Shown: positions 21,869 through 32,280, numbered from the stretch's first letter. The stretch: 64,000 nt of DNA from a bacterium (GCA_030688365.1 JAUYIE010000005.1:5764-69763); one strand, 5' to 3'. Notes: generated from the sequence alone by a model not told the origin. Translations and numbers: made by a program.

Positions 21869-21910
21869 ATAATATAAAGTTATGAATGTAAAGGTATTAT
21901 AGCACTATTT

Positions 21911-22894
21911 CTATTTTCCGATATAGCCCCAATCTGCTTTTGTTCCCTTGATTCCTTTTTTGTCCATTATATAAAAATAAGCACTCAATCCCGCCTTAGC
22001 GCCATCACCGGCGGAAACGACGATCTGTTGAAAATCAACATTACTCATGTCCCCTGCTGCAAAAAAACCGGGTGTCAATGTGTGTGAATCTTTATCAATG
22101 GGAATACGTTTTTGTGAGTCCAGTTGCACAAATGATTCAAAAAAACTTGCGTCAGAATCATATCCTATCTTAACACAGATAATGTCTACAAGGAGCGGAC
22201 ACACTGTACTTTCCTGCTCGTACGAAAGTGATGAGATTACTTCATCTCCATCAATAGTGCGTACCTCTGCATGAAAAATACATTCAATAGTTGGGGTATC
22301 TTCCACTCGTCGCACAAGGATATCTTCTGCACGAAAGCTTCCTCCACGATGAATGATGTATACCTTTGTGGCGGTTTTTGCATGCAACAGCGCTTCTTCA
22401 AGAGCAGCACTACCTCCGCCAATCACAGCAACAATCTTGTTTTTTGTCTGATCTTCAAGGATATCTGTACTACTATAATACACGCCATTACCCAGCCATT
22501 GTGTCTCATCGGCAATACCAAGATGTCGGGGTCGCTTACCACTTGCCGCAATGAGTGCGGTGCTTGTCTTTGAATGCTGACCCACTTGTATTGTAAATAT
22601 ATCACCATCTTTTGATACGCCATGGATATCACCATACAAAAACTCACAACCAAATCGTTCTGCTTGCTCTTTCATAATGCGTATCAAATCAGGACCTGAA
22701 ATACGTCCTACACCAGGATAGTTTTCAATTTCATACGTAGTGGCAGTCTGACCGCCGACTTCTTTTGTGACAATCAGTGTTTTCATGCCGCGTCGGGCCG
22801 CGAAAATACCGGCAGACAGACCAGCTGCCCCGCCTCCCAATATGATAACATCCCATTGTTGTGTTGTTGTATTCATAATGTAAAACCCCGCCAC
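21911..22894 (-). CDS. Thioredoxin-reductase-like FAD/NAD(P) oxidoreductase lacking the redox CxxC (possible TrxR-like ferredoxin-NADP+ reductase)
   Basis: GGGAAGLSAGIFAARRG FAD site, VAVIGGGSAALEEAL NAD(P) site, C-terminal FAAGDMS...SAGDGAKAGLSAY; the position of TrxB CATC reads YSST. Confidence 0.7.
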   Translation of the reverse strand: MAGFYIMNTTTQQWDVIILGGGAAGLSAGIFAARRGMKTLIVTKEVGGQTATTYEIENYPGVGRISGPDLIRIMKEQAERFGCEFLYGDIHGVSKDGDIFTIQVGQHSKTSTALIAASGKRPRHLGIADETQWLGNGVYYSSTDILEDQTKNKIVAVIGGGSAALEEALLHAKTATKVYIIHRGGSFRAEDILVRRVEDTPTIECIFHAEVRTIDGDEVISSLSYEQESTVCPLLVDIICVKIGYDSDASFFESFVQLDSQKRIPIDKDSHTLTPGFFAAGDMSNVDFQQIVVSAGDGAKAGLSAYFYIMDKKGIKGTKADWGYIGK

Positions 22895-22902
22895 AAGGGC
22901 GG
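22884..22902 (-). terminator. GC hairpin CCCCGCC-ACAAG-GGCGGGG between the zinc-ribbon ORF and the oxidoreductase start
   Basis: Perfect 7 bp stem in an AT-rich spacer; on the minus strand followed by TTTTAC then the ATG of 21911..22894. Confidence 0.4.
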
Positions 22903-22911
22903 GGCAATCAT

Positions 22912-23052
22912 CTAATTATATTCCTCGTCATCAAATGATTCCACCTCCTCTTTTTCTTCTTTCTCCATTTCTACAAGCGGTTGACTACAAATTTCGCAGG
23001 TTCCAGACTTTGGAAAGTCATCACCGCACTGTTCGCATATATATCGTGACAT
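22912..23052 (-). CDS. 46 aa Cys4 zinc-ribbon protein with acidic tail
   Basis: Not in ORF track (<60 aa). MSRYICEQCGDDFPKSGTCEICSQPLVEMEKEEKEEVESFDDEEYN: CxxC-x10-CxxC. Confidence 0.45.
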   Translation of the reverse strand: MSRYICEQCGDDFPKSGTCEICSQPLVEMEKEEKEEVESFDDEEYN

Positions 23053-23076
23053 AACGCGTCAAATGAACATGAATAA

Positions 23077-24594
23077 TTATAGCGCTCTTGATCGTGCGAG
23101 TTCTACAAGGAAACGAACACCCGTGCCACTTGCTCCTTTAGAAAGGAATTGGCCATCACTCGTTGTCATTGTAGAGGCGATATCAATGTGCGCCCACTTT
23201 TTAAACGACTTTGCAAATTGATAAAGAAACATACCGGCATTGATCGTCCCTGCGCTTCTTTTCTGTGAACCAGCATTAATCACATCCCCAAATGTTCCTT
23301 TCACTTCTGATTCATACTCTTCCCACAATGGTAATGGCCACATATAGTCTCCCGCTCTTTCTCCTATTGCGCAAATCTCTTGAGCAAATGCATCATCAGG
23401 AGTAAGCACAGCAGACGCGGTAGTACCAAGTGCTACGACACACGCCCCTGTCAATGTCGCAAGATCCACAACCAATGCAGGGTCATAACGTTTTTCAGTA
23501 TACGTCAATGCATCCGCCAGGACAATACGTCCTTCTGCGTCTGGTGTCAAGACTTCAATAGTTTTACCTGACATTGACTTGAGTAAATCACCGGGACGGT
23601 AGCTTTGTCCGGATGGCATATTTTCAACTGCAGGACAAACACCTACAATGTTTACTTTTAACCCTAGCTTTGCGATTGCACAAACTGCGGAAATTACCGA
23701 CCCTGCACCGGTCATGTCCATGTGCATCTCAAGCATACTACCAGAAATTTTTAAATCAAGTCCTCCACTGTCAAAAGTAATACCTTTTCCTAAAAAAACA
23801 AGTGGTTTTTCTTTTTCATCAGCACCATGATATTCCAAAACGATCAATCGTGCATCTTCCACGCTTCCCTTTGATACTCCTAAGATACCACCCATACCGA
23901 GCTTTGCCATTTCCTCTTCACCGATGATGTCACACGTGGCACCAGAATCCTGTGCCAGCTTTTTTGCTTCTTCTGCTAATATTGAGGGGGTCATATCACC
24001 TCCTGGAGTATTTGAAAGATCACGTGCATGACTCGTGTAAACACCGATTATCGCACCCTGTTCTATCTCATTTAAGATTTTTTCTTTCTGACTTGCGTCC
24101 ACAAGATATGAAAGTTCCTCTACAAAAAACCACCCCTCTTGTGGTGTCTCTTTATACTTCACAAATTCATAGTTTGCCATCTCGGCGTTTATCGCGAAAC
24201 TGCGCATTCCTTCATGCCGTTCAACTTCTATCGGTAAGGGTAAGGCCGAATCAATAACAGCCGATGTGATATGCAAACTACGCATGCCCTTGATAAGCGC
24301 ACGTATTGCTACATTATATTTTCTTGCAGTATATTTTTCACGTTCGCCAAGACCTAATAAAAGAACAATCTTTTCTTCCTGCGCTGGTAATGTGACCTTT
24401 TCTACCTTTCCCAATGTCCCGTCAAAAGAAGAAACGACCTTCTTTATGTACTCGCCTGATTCCGCGGACAATGCAGTAAACAACGATCCCTTTTCATCCA
24501 CTGATTCACCTTTAAAAATAGTTAAAATATAGGTTAAAATCGTTGTTTCTTCCAAAGAAGTGATTGCCTGATGTTTCATACGTTTTGCCGTCAA
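23077..24594 (-). CDS. pepA: Leucyl aminopeptidase (M17 family)
   Basis: NTPGGDMTP, GKGITFDSGGLDLK, TPDAEGRIVLADAL M17 active-site motifs. Confidence 0.85.
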   Translation of the reverse strand: MTAKRMKHQAITSLEETTILTYILTIFKGESVDEKGSLFTALSAESGEYIKKVVSSFDGTLGKVEKVTLPAQEEKIVLLLGLGEREKYTARKYNVAIRALIKGMRSLHITSAVIDSALPLPIEVERHEGMRSFAINAEMANYEFVKYKETPQEGWFFVEELSYLVDASQKEKILNEIEQGAIIGVYTSHARDLSNTPGGDMTPSILAEEAKKLAQDSGATCDIIGEEEMAKLGMGGILGVSKGSVEDARLIVLEYHGADEKEKPLVFLGKGITFDSGGLDLKISGSMLEMHMDMTGAGSVISAVCAIAKLGLKVNIVGVCPAVENMPSGQSYRPGDLLKSMSGKTIEVLTPDAEGRIVLADALTYTEKRYDPALVVDLATLTGACVVALGTTASAVLTPDDAFAQEICAIGERAGDYMWPLPLWEEYESEVKGTFGDVINAGSQKRSAGTINAGMFLYQFAKSFKKWAHIDIASTMTTSDGQFLSKGASGTGVRFLVELARSRAL

Positions 24595-24674
24595 AAAATA
24601 ATATTTCCGAGTATAGCAGAAAAGAAAAAAAGATACCAGTGATTGGGTATCTTACAAATACATATCTTTTATAT

Positions 24675-25367
24675 TTACAGTCGCATGGATGGAGAACCCA
24701 CAGACAGAAGCAAAAAAGATAAGGGAATTCTTTTAATTTTTTTATCATTTCCAATGAGCTCAATCACCACTTCTTTTGTGCTGTATAGTGATAGAGCAAT
24801 GATTTCAAGCGCTTCTATATATGCACCTCCTGAAAAAAAATCCGGATACACATGAAAGGTAACCATAGTGCTACCTAGCTCTATCGAGCGTACCAATCGC
24901 GTTTTTTTTAGCTTGCCGTCGACGACCTCTTCTTTGCAAATTTCCGTCAATGATACAATCGTGCATTGGCACGTAGGCAATTGCGGAACGCTTGAAGTAG
25001 AATGTGATAGTAAATATGTATCAATAACGTAGATAAAAAATAAGGTAATTTTTTTGAAAAAAATATCAATAGCTCTATCTACTCTTCTCTTTTTTATGTT
25101 TTTTTTCTTTTCTATCCGTTTGTGCCAAGCGTCTACTTTTTGTATCTGATCCCTATACTTTAATATAGCATTGGCATAATCCTCATGAAGTTGCCATGCA
25201 CGCACAGGATTCGCTACAGGATCACTCATCTCTGTGTTTAGTGGACAACTTTCATTGCTATGATTCTTTAAAACCGACAGATCTTCTGCACATTCAACAG
25301 AAAGGATATTGTCTTTCTTAACTATCGTCAGGACAGCTTCCTGTTTAATAAAATTTTTAATGTTCAT
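24675..25367 (-). CDS. Hypothetical protein
   Basis: Start chosen at ATG 25367 (MNIKNFIKQ) preceded by GAGGAAAGGA RBS; the ORF-track upstream extension is unlikely. Confidence 0.4.
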   Translation of the reverse strand: MNIKNFIKQEAVLTIVKKDNILSVECAEDLSVLKNHSNESCPLNTEMSDPVANPVRAWQLHEDYANAILKYRDQIQKVDAWHKRIEKKKNIKKRRVDRAIDIFFKKITLFFIYVIDTYLLSHSTSSVPQLPTCQCTIVSLTEICKEEVVDGKLKKTRLVRSIELGSTMVTFHVYPDFFSGGAYIEALEIIALSLYSTKEVVIELIGNDKKIKRIPLSFLLLSVGSPSMRL

Positions 25368-25455
25368 TTTTCCTTTCCTCCTCTCAAACAATATATATAT
25401 ACGAGTAATACAATCTATATCTTTTCTTGTCAAGCCATATGTATATAAACACAAA

Positions 25456-26025
25456 CTATTTTAATATAGCATCCACTAATTCTTGTACGCCAGTTTTCTT
25501 TTTCACAGAAAAAGGGATGATCACATGACCACCTACCACTGTTCGGATGGTCTGCATGTGTGTATCATATTCTGCACTTTTTATCTTATCCACTTTATTT
25601 GCCACCACGATGATATTTTTATTTTTTTCTTCAAGACTGTAGAGCATCTCTTTGTCGTTGTCAGTGAGTCCAATCTTTGCATCAATGATAAGTACGACTG
25701 CTTTTTGCTTATAGTGTGATGTGAGTAAATACCAAAGGATACGATTTTGTATCTTTTGCAAGGTCTGCCATGACGCTTTTGCATAACCATATCCGGGCAA
25801 ATCTACCAGATAGACTGTATCGTTTATCAAAAAAAGATTTATTTCCTTCGTACGTCCCGGCGTTGAACTCGTACGCGCCAGATCTTTTTTGTGGGTAATG
25901 GTATTGATGATACTGGACTTGCCGACGTTTGATCGCCCAATAAAAGCAACTTGAGGGATATCACCCTCAAGTGCCTCGTCGTTATCCACAATACCTTTAA
26001 CAAATTTCGCTGAAGTGATAGTCAT
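25456..26025 (-). CDS. engB: Ribosome biogenesis GTPase EngB/YihA
   Basis: GRSNVGKSSIIN G1, DLPGYG G3, NKVDK G4; start set at ATG 26025 (MTITSAKF); 86-codon upstream extension rejected. Confidence 0.8.
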   Translation of the reverse strand: MTITSAKFVKGIVDNDEALEGDIPQVAFIGRSNVGKSSIINTITHKKDLARTSSTPGRTKEINLFLINDTVYLVDLPGYGYAKASWQTLQKIQNRILWYLLTSHYKQKAVVLIIDAKIGLTDNDKEMLYSLEEKNKNIIVVANKVDKIKSAEYDTHMQTIRTVVGGHVIIPFSVKKKTGVQELVDAILK

Positions 26026-26122
26026 ATGTGTATCATAACAAAAAACCTCCTTTTGGGAAGTTTTTGGGTAAAAAAATGGCGATTGATTTAATCGCCGTGC
26101 TCCAAAAAAAATTTCAGGACTG

Positions 26123-26656
26123 TTAGACCTTATATGGATATATCCACCTTGCATGTTCTGGCTCTTCTGTCTCACCGCGACAATGCGCGGCAATGTTGTC
26201 AGATTGTGTATTGTAATTGGCGGGTCCTGTCCATAATGCCACCTCCCAATTTTGTTTACACATGAATATCTGACGTGGATCAAGAGATTTTAGAATCCTA
26301 CAGTATTCAGTGTGCTTCATTTCTCTTTCATTATGTAATTTCTCAACAACTACACTGTTATACTTAAAAAGATCCCTACGAATATACCTGTTTATATCTA
26401 ACATATCAGTGATTTCTTTCTTTGCCTTCAAATCTTTAAAAAACTGAATCCCGACATCATACCCAATGATTATACAAGCAATAGAATCTTTCAAAAACAC
26501 GTGAGATATGTCACGTATACGCGAACGCATACTCCAGTCGCAGCTTTTTACTTTTTCACACTCCTCCAAAAAACGAGCTTGTTCGTTCTTTAACGCAGTA
26601 AAATAGTCCTGCATGTTTCTGATTCCATTTTCCGGCCTTGTCAATTTACTTTCCAT
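26123..26656 (-). CDS. Hypothetical protein
   Basis: 177 aa ORF, no recognisable motif. Confidence 0.35.
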   Translation of the reverse strand: MESKLTRPENGIRNMQDYFTALKNEQARFLEECEKVKSCDWSMRSRIRDISHVFLKDSIACIIIGYDVGIQFFKDLKAKKEITDMLDINRYIRRDLFKYNSVVVEKLHNEREMKHTEYCRILKSLDPRQIFMCKQNWEVALWTGPANYNTQSDNIAAHCRGETEEPEHARWIYPYKV

Positions 26657-26830
26657 TTTCCCCCCTTTTTTTTTCTAACGTTATATACGCCAGCAATATA
26701 GATTTATATACCGTACTACAGATCGTAAGACAGGTCAATGTGATAGAAGTGACTTCTTTTTTTGCATAAAAACGCTATAATATGGACATACTTCACACTT
26801 TCTTCATTGGTCATTATATAGTCTGGAAAT

Positions 26831-27493
26831 ATGAAAATACTTGTCGTAGAAGATGAGCCAAAACTAAATAAAGGGCTTACAGAAAGCCTCCATACTCGCG
26901 GATACGCAGTGGATCAAGCATTTGATGGTGTAGAGGGCGAGCGTATGGCACTGCTTGGTACTTACGACCTTATCGTACTTGATATCATGATGCCAAAACG
27001 CGATGGGCTTGAAGTGTGCAAGAATCTACGTGCCAGTGGCAACACCACTCCAATTCTGATGCTCACTGCCAAAGATACAGTACGTGACAAAATCACAGGT
27101 CTTGACATAGGCGCTGATGATTATTTAGTCAAGCCGTTCTCTATTGATGAACTTACCGCGCGTATCCGCACTCTTCTTCGCCGTCCGCTAATCATTGCAA
27201 ATGATGTCCTTACCCTTAACGGTCTTACTCTTGACACCCGTTCACAAACCGTCAGTATAGATAAAAAAGTGATAGATCTCACCTTACGCGAATATGGGCT
27301 ACTTGAATACCTTTTGCGTAACAAAGATTCTGTATTGACGCGCGATGATTTGTTGGAACATGTCTGGGATCGCAATTTTGATTCCTTTAGTAATGTCGTA
27401 GATGTCCATCTGAAAAATCTTCGTAAAAAACTACCACCATTGTATGCAAAACGCATTAAAACTGTTTGGGGCAAAGGCTACCGCCTCGTTTAA
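26831..27493 (+). CDS. OmpR-family response regulator
   Basis: MKILVVEDEP, phospho-acceptor D in LIVLDIMMP, C-terminal winged helix (VWGKGYRL). Confidence 0.9.
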   Translation: MKILVVEDEPKLNKGLTESLHTRGYAVDQAFDGVEGERMALLGTYDLIVLDIMMPKRDGLEVCKNLRASGNTTPILMLTAKDTVRDKITGLDIGADDYLVKPFSIDELTARIRTLLRRPLIIANDVLTLNGLTLDTRSQTVSIDKKVIDLTLREYGLLEYLLRNKDSVLTRDDLLEHVWDRNFDSFSNVVDVHLKNLRKKLPPLYAKRIKTVWGKGYRLV

Positions 27494-28493
27494 TGAACAT
27501 TTCCGAAATTCATTGTGGAAATTGACTATCTTATACACGGTCGTGATTGCGACCATTCTTGTTGTGTCTAGCGGTGTCATTTACTCTGCATTTTCTCAAA
27601 AACTGGGCCGTCGCTATCAAGACTTTCGACTTATACCACAAAACCGCCCACTTGGTTTTGAAATAGTTCGTGCAACTATTCCAACACAGGCAGAAGTGCA
27701 AGAAGAGCTCATATATTCCTTGATACTGGTCAATGGTATTTTGATTATCATTGCAGGTATCGCAAGCTATTGGCTTGCACATATCACCCTACGCCCTGTC
27801 AAAGAATCATACGATGCTCAACGCCGTTTTTTTGCCGATGCATCTCATGAACTCCGTACGCCTTTGAGCATTTTAAAAATTGAATTGGAAAATGAACTAG
27901 CAAAAAATGCAGTACCCGTCACACAGCAGGAAAAAATAAGAAGCCATTTGGAAGAAGTAGATCGTATGAGCACTCTCGTATCTGATTTGCTTGTACTTTC
28001 ACGACTCCATGATCAAGACAATAAAACCAACGTACAGCGTTTTACCATTAACCTATCCGCAATGGTGCGAGATATCCACAAGCGCCTCCAACCACTTGCT
28101 AGTCAACATATCGTACACATGACATTACACGAAGCTAATAGTGATATCACCATTTCTTCTGACGAACAAGCTCTATCGCGCGCCATCCTCAATGTCATCA
28201 AAAACGCGATTATTTATAATAAACCAGACGGGATGGTCACCATCACGGTATCAACAAAAGAAAAAAAAGCACTTGTTGAGATCGTAGATACTGGTATTGG
28301 AGTTTCACCCGATGATCTTACCCACATCTTTGAACGATTTTATAGAGCTGACAAAAGCAGGTCGCGCGCCAGCGGTGGTAGTGGCCTTGGACTCTCTATC
28401 ACTCGTTCATCTCTTGAACAATTGGACGGTAGTGTTGACGTAAAAAGTACACTTGAACAAGGCACTACCGTCACCCTGACATTGCCAGTATAA
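27444..28493 (+). CDS. Sensor histidine kinase (HisKA + HATPase_c)
   Basis: Two TM helices, H-box SHELRTPLS, N/G boxes (NAIIYNKPDG, DTGIGV, GGSGLGLSI). Confidence 0.85.
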   Translation: MQNALKLFGAKATASFNEHFRNSLWKLTILYTVVIATILVVSSGVIYSAFSQKLGRRYQDFRLIPQNRPLGFEIVRATIPTQAEVQEELIYSLILVNGILIIIAGIASYWLAHITLRPVKESYDAQRRFFADASHELRTPLSILKIELENELAKNAVPVTQQEKIRSHLEEVDRMSTLVSDLLVLSRLHDQDNKTNVQRFTINLSAMVRDIHKRLQPLASQHIVHMTLHEANSDITISSDEQALSRAILNVIKNAIIYNKPDGMVTITVSTKEKKALVEIVDTGIGVSPDDLTHIFERFYRADKSRSRASGGSGLGLSITRSSLEQLDGSVDVKSTLEQGTTVTLTLPV

Positions 28494-28558
28494 CACTTCA
28501 TATTTTCTTCATCATAGTGTTGATATAATGAGTGTATAATTCTTAAAGCAAAAAACCT

Positions 28559-29116
28559 ATGCAAAAACGCAGGTTCGCGAAGTCGGCGGCGGTCACTGCA
28601 ACGGTCATACTTGGCCTTGCCGGTAGTGGTGCAGGAGTCTTGTACGCGGCAACGGCGACAGGAGGGGCATCACCGGGCAATGCACTCATCACTGCAATCG
28701 CCCAACGCTTTAATCTCAATGAAGACGACGTAAAACAAGTTTTTGATGAACAACGTGCACAAATGCATGAACAAACACAAGAACAACGTCAAAATATCTT
28801 GCAAAACCGACTGACCAAAGCAGTCGCCAACGGCACCATCACACAAGCACAAGCTGATGCGATTAGTGTCAAAGAGCAAGAAATAAATAATCAAATGGAT
28901 GCTCTCAAGGATAAAACTCCTCAAGAACGTCAAAGCGCGCTAAAAGCGCAACACCAAGCCCTCAAACAATGGGCAACAGATAACAATATTCCACAGAAAC
29001 TCTTTCCATTTGGTGGTCCTCGTATGGGATATGGTCACCAAGGATTCAAAGGATCTTCGGGACATAACGAAGGAGAGGTACCACGCGAATTGCGTCCTCG
29101 ACCAAGGGTACAGTAA
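28559..29116 (+). CDS. Secreted Gln-rich hypothetical protein (possible periplasmic stress protein downstream of the two-component system)
   Basis: Signal peptide, Q/A-rich helical repeats, Gly/His-rich tail. Confidence 0.35.
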   Translation: MQKRRFAKSAAVTATVILGLAGSGAGVLYAATATGGASPGNALITAIAQRFNLNEDDVKQVFDEQRAQMHEQTQEQRQNILQNRLTKAVANGTITQAQADAISVKEQEINNQMDALKDKTPQERQSALKAQHQALKQWATDNNIPQKLFPFGGPRMGYGHQGFKGSSGHNEGEVPRELRPRPRVQ

Positions 29117-29157
29117 TTCAAACGGTATGCATCGTGCAAGCATGGCATAAAACAAAC

Positions 29158-29193
29158 TCCGAGGGCAGAAATGCCCTTGGTGTTGTTGTTTTG
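29158..29193 (+). terminator. Intrinsic terminator after 28559..29116
   Basis: CCGAGGGCA-GAAA-TGCCCTTGG 9 bp stem with GAAA loop followed by TGTTGTTGTTTTG. Confidence 0.6.
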
Positions 29194-29560
29194 AATAAAA
29201 AAAATAGGAGTAGTAAGACTCCATTGATTCAAAATTAATAATTTTTTTAGCTGGAAGGATCTTTTTGATGCTTCACTGGCTTTTTTGGGGGCGAAATGAG
29301 GTATTGGAAAAAATCATCCATTTTATCTGGAAATATATTTCCAGCATTACTTCCATCCAATATCTCCACAATACTTTTTTTTCTTTCTCTTTCTTCTGTC
29401 ATTTTTTACTTTACCTTTCGATCGTTACCTTGCTTACTCAAGGTTTCGCTAATATAATATAAAAATAGTATATGTAGTCCGGTAACCGATGTCAAGAATA
29501 TACAATACACGTATTAAAAAAGCATTCTCATATATGAGAACACCTTTTCGATTGGTGCAA

Positions 29561-29977
29561 TTAATATTCCTGATAATCTTTTGTTGCAAAACGCTTGTTT
29601 ACGCGTTGTGCAACGGCAGACAGAACATCCTTGTCACCTTGAGAGAGTTTGTTATATCTCTCTCCCCATTTTTCTTTTACAGCATCTTCAACTCTATATT
29701 GCCGATATCCTGGTCCATGTCGGATTAGGTACCCATATTCACACAGTTCGTCTATATGATGCCCAAGCTGTGAGTTATACAAATCAGAATCATATTGCCA
29801 CTGATGAATAAATGTGGGTATGTTTGTTATCGGATTTCTCTTCAAATCGACAAAGATTATCTGCCATATTTTGTCATGTGGCATCAAATCCACATTATTT
29901 ACACTACACTGCCCCATATGGTTATCGCGTAGTAGCAACACCATATCAAAAAAATCCTGTAACATTGATATTCCCAT
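29561..29977 (-). CDS. Hypothetical protein (possible mobile-element cargo)
   Basis: Start set at ATG 29977 (MGISMLQ) preceded by strong RBS AAAGGAGGT; no family assignment. Confidence 0.4.
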   Translation of the reverse strand: MGISMLQDFFDMVLLLRDNHMGQCSVNNVDLMPHDKIWQIIFVDLKRNPITNIPTFIHQWQYDSDLYNSQLGHHIDELCEYGYLIRHGPGYRQYRVEDAVKEKWGERYNKLSQGDKDVLSAVAQRVNKRFATKDYQEY

Positions 29978-30196
29978 ATCAACCTCCTTTTTATTCCCCA
30001 TTGAATAAAATGAACAATATCGACAACCCGAATATAGCACAATAGGTTATTTTTGCAAGCTAGGACGGTAGTGGACTTAAATTTTTGGCACCAAGTCACA
30101 AAACCAAAATCCCTTTGTAACAACGTTTAGAGGTAGTCTGCAATCACTGCCTGATTTTACCTCAAGTGGTTTATATACATGTTCACCAACTAAAAA

Positions 30197-30411
30197 ATGG
30201 ATTTTGTTTTTGAATTCAGGGAAAAAATGGGGTTGGGTTCAGGCGGGCTCCAAAACCCTCAAGCCCCCAAAGGGGGCGAAAGAGGAGACATATACACAAA
30301 CCTGTCTCTCCTGAACGAAATCCGAACTTTTTTTCAAAAAAATCCAGACGCGGAATTTTAAACTGGTGACATGGCGGAATTCCCCCCACACCCCCCTTCC
30401 GCCATGTTTTT
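30197..30411 (+). repeat. Structured ~215 bp repeat, copy A (direct); ends in terminator-like hairpin plus T5
   Basis: Near-identical to reverse complement of 32466..32680 and to 34161..34264; hairpins GCCCCC-AAA-GGGGGC, GGAGACA..TGTCTCC, CATGGCGGAA..TTCCGCCATG+TTTTT. Confidence 0.8.
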
Positions 30412-30451
30412 GTGTAGGACATTTTTTTGGCTCGCAAGAGGGTAATCAAGT

Positions 30452-31282
30452 CTATCTCTCTAATTTTTTATTATTCTCTTTCTCAAGTTTTTTCTTTTCT
30501 TTTTTCAATTCTTTGATATGCCGTTCGGGAGGTAAATTTTCAGGTAAAATGCCACCAATATCCTTGATCGTCTGTCGTACTTTTCCGCCAACCATATTGT
30601 GAGTATTGATGGCATCCCTCTCCGAATCAACCTCATCTTTTTTAAGCTTTGAATCGGTTTGGGTAATACGAAAAAGATTTGCCGCCAATTCGGTCGAACC
30701 CGATCTGTCTAGTAGTTCTCCCTTCTTAATCCCCTTTCTTATTTCAACATCACCAAGAGGCATACCATACAGACCACTATACCCTGCATCATTGAATACC
30801 CCAAAGTGGGTCACGCCTGCCTGTCGAGCTGTTTTTGCCAGCTTTTTGTTCTGATTACTGACCTCGTCACGAATAAATAATCGTTTTTCGTTTAGACTCA
30901 TCTCCTCAAATAATTCTTGCTTTCTTGTCTGTAGAGCAAAGTATGTCTGCGCAAGTGCAATTTCCGTTTTTGACGGATCGCCATTTTGAGCTATCAAATA
31001 ACACGCATAGCGATCAAGCTTGTAATCATCCACTTTTCTCATGGTATTTGAACCGATCGAGACCATTTTGCTGATATCAGCAAAATGGTTATCCACAGCC
31101 TGTCCGCTCTGAATACAAGCCCGTGCCGCTTTTGCGATAACTTCTGCAAAATTTCTCCATTGAGCATAATCAAGCAAGCTCATCAATTCGCGAGCTGTCC
31201 AATACTCAATCCCATTCTCGTCAATTTTTTTAATGCTCTCAAAATCCTTGTGTGGACTTGAGGGCAGTAGCTCATGTGGCAT
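30452..31282 (-). CDS. dinD: DNA damage-inducible protein D (DinD)-like protein
   Basis: WTARELMSLLDYAQWRNF, RYACYLIAQNGDPSKTEIALAQTYFALQTRKQEL, GSTELAANLFRITQT closely parallel E. coli DinD (recalled from memory); start at ATG 31282 or upstream 31369. Confidence 0.65.
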   Translation of the reverse strand: MPHELLPSSPHKDFESIKKIDENGIEYWTARELMSLLDYAQWRNFAEVIAKAARACIQSGQAVDNHFADISKMVSIGSNTMRKVDDYKLDRYACYLIAQNGDPSKTEIALAQTYFALQTRKQELFEEMSLNEKRLFIRDEVSNQNKKLAKTARQAGVTHFGVFNDAGYSGLYGMPLGDVEIRKGIKKGELLDRSGSTELAANLFRITQTDSKLKKDEVDSERDAINTHNMVGGKVRQTIKDIGGILPENLPPERHIKELKKEKKKLEKENNKKLER

Positions 31283-31392
31283 ATTTAGTATTTGACTATG
31301 AACTATTATTACATCCGATGGTACCATGTTTAGATAACAAAGGATGTTCCCGTACTGGCAAACAATCAATATTGCGTTCCCATTTGAGTAAT

Positions 31393-32280
31393 CTACTTTT
31401 CAACACTACCGAGTCTATATCCTATTGTTCGTCCCTTCTTACCTTCAGAAAAAAGTACTGTGGGGCCTCCAGCAAAGAACTCAAGTGGCGCAAGTTTTGA
31501 AATCGCTTTGAACAAATCTAAGCTAGTGGAATAAACCAATTTCTCAATTTCAGGATTATACCCATCATAATATACTGCCACCTTTTTGGGACCTTCCAGA
31601 TTTTCACTATCAGGATATTCTTCATTAACTTTATATTTCTCATACCTATCATCCAGTTTTTTAAATACCATACTACGCCTAGCGTAAGAAAAGGAAATTA
31701 TATTCTTTTCTTTATGTAAAGCAATATAGATAGGCAAAAGCATTTGATCATTCTCAATTATCAATGTTGTCTGTCTATCCCCATCACACATCTCCTTAAT
31801 AATGTCATCAGAATTAATGAGATTGTCATTGGGAATTAATTTCAATTTTTCGATTGAGGGTATTTCTATATCTCCTAATTTCTGGTTTATATCCCGCATG
31901 GCTATTCTAATATCTTTATAGGCAACGAGACCAGTTTTTTCTCCACAGTGTTCTTTGAAAACCTCAATTATTTTAGAAGCTTCTATGTCTTTCACGTTTA
32001 TTGCGACATCGAAATTACTAAATGATAGAAACTTCTCCAATTGACTTTCGTGAGACTCATTCTCACGACCCCATAATGTAGCATAAATTTCTGCCATTTT
32101 ATCGGTATCCAAGTCGTCACCATTTAAATATAAATATCTTCCATTGTCTTCAATCACATAATCTCTAACCTTTTCAAGTCTATCTACATACTCCTGCGAA
32201 ACCTCGCCTTCAATTTTCAAACCGTGCTTGTCTGTATCTAATGCATTTACATTATTAGGTTGTTCAAATTTTGGATCCAT
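31393..32280 (-). CDS. Hypothetical protein co-transcribed with dinD-like gene
   Basis: 295 aa ORF, 24 nt upstream of dinD-like; no recognisable motif. Confidence 0.4.
   Translation of the reverse strand: MDPKFEQPNNVNALDTDKHGLKIEGEVSQEYVDRLEKVRDYVIEDNGRYLYLNGDDLDTDKMAEIYATLWGRENESHESQLEKFLSFSNFDVAINVKDIEASKIIEVFKEHCGEKTGLVAYKDIRIAMRDINQKLGDIEIPSIEKLKLIPNDNLINSDDIIKEMCDGDRQTTLIIENDQMLLPIYIALHKEKNIISFSYARRSMVFKKLDDRYEKYKVNEEYPDSENLEGPKKVAVYYDGYNPEIEKLVYSTSLDLFKAISKLAPLEFFAGGPTVLFSEGKKGRTIGYRLGSVEK

Noticed and set aside
25456-26283. 86-codon N-terminal extension of engB
   Set aside because: Extension has no GTPase similarity; a proper ATG at 26025 starts the conserved EngB sequence.
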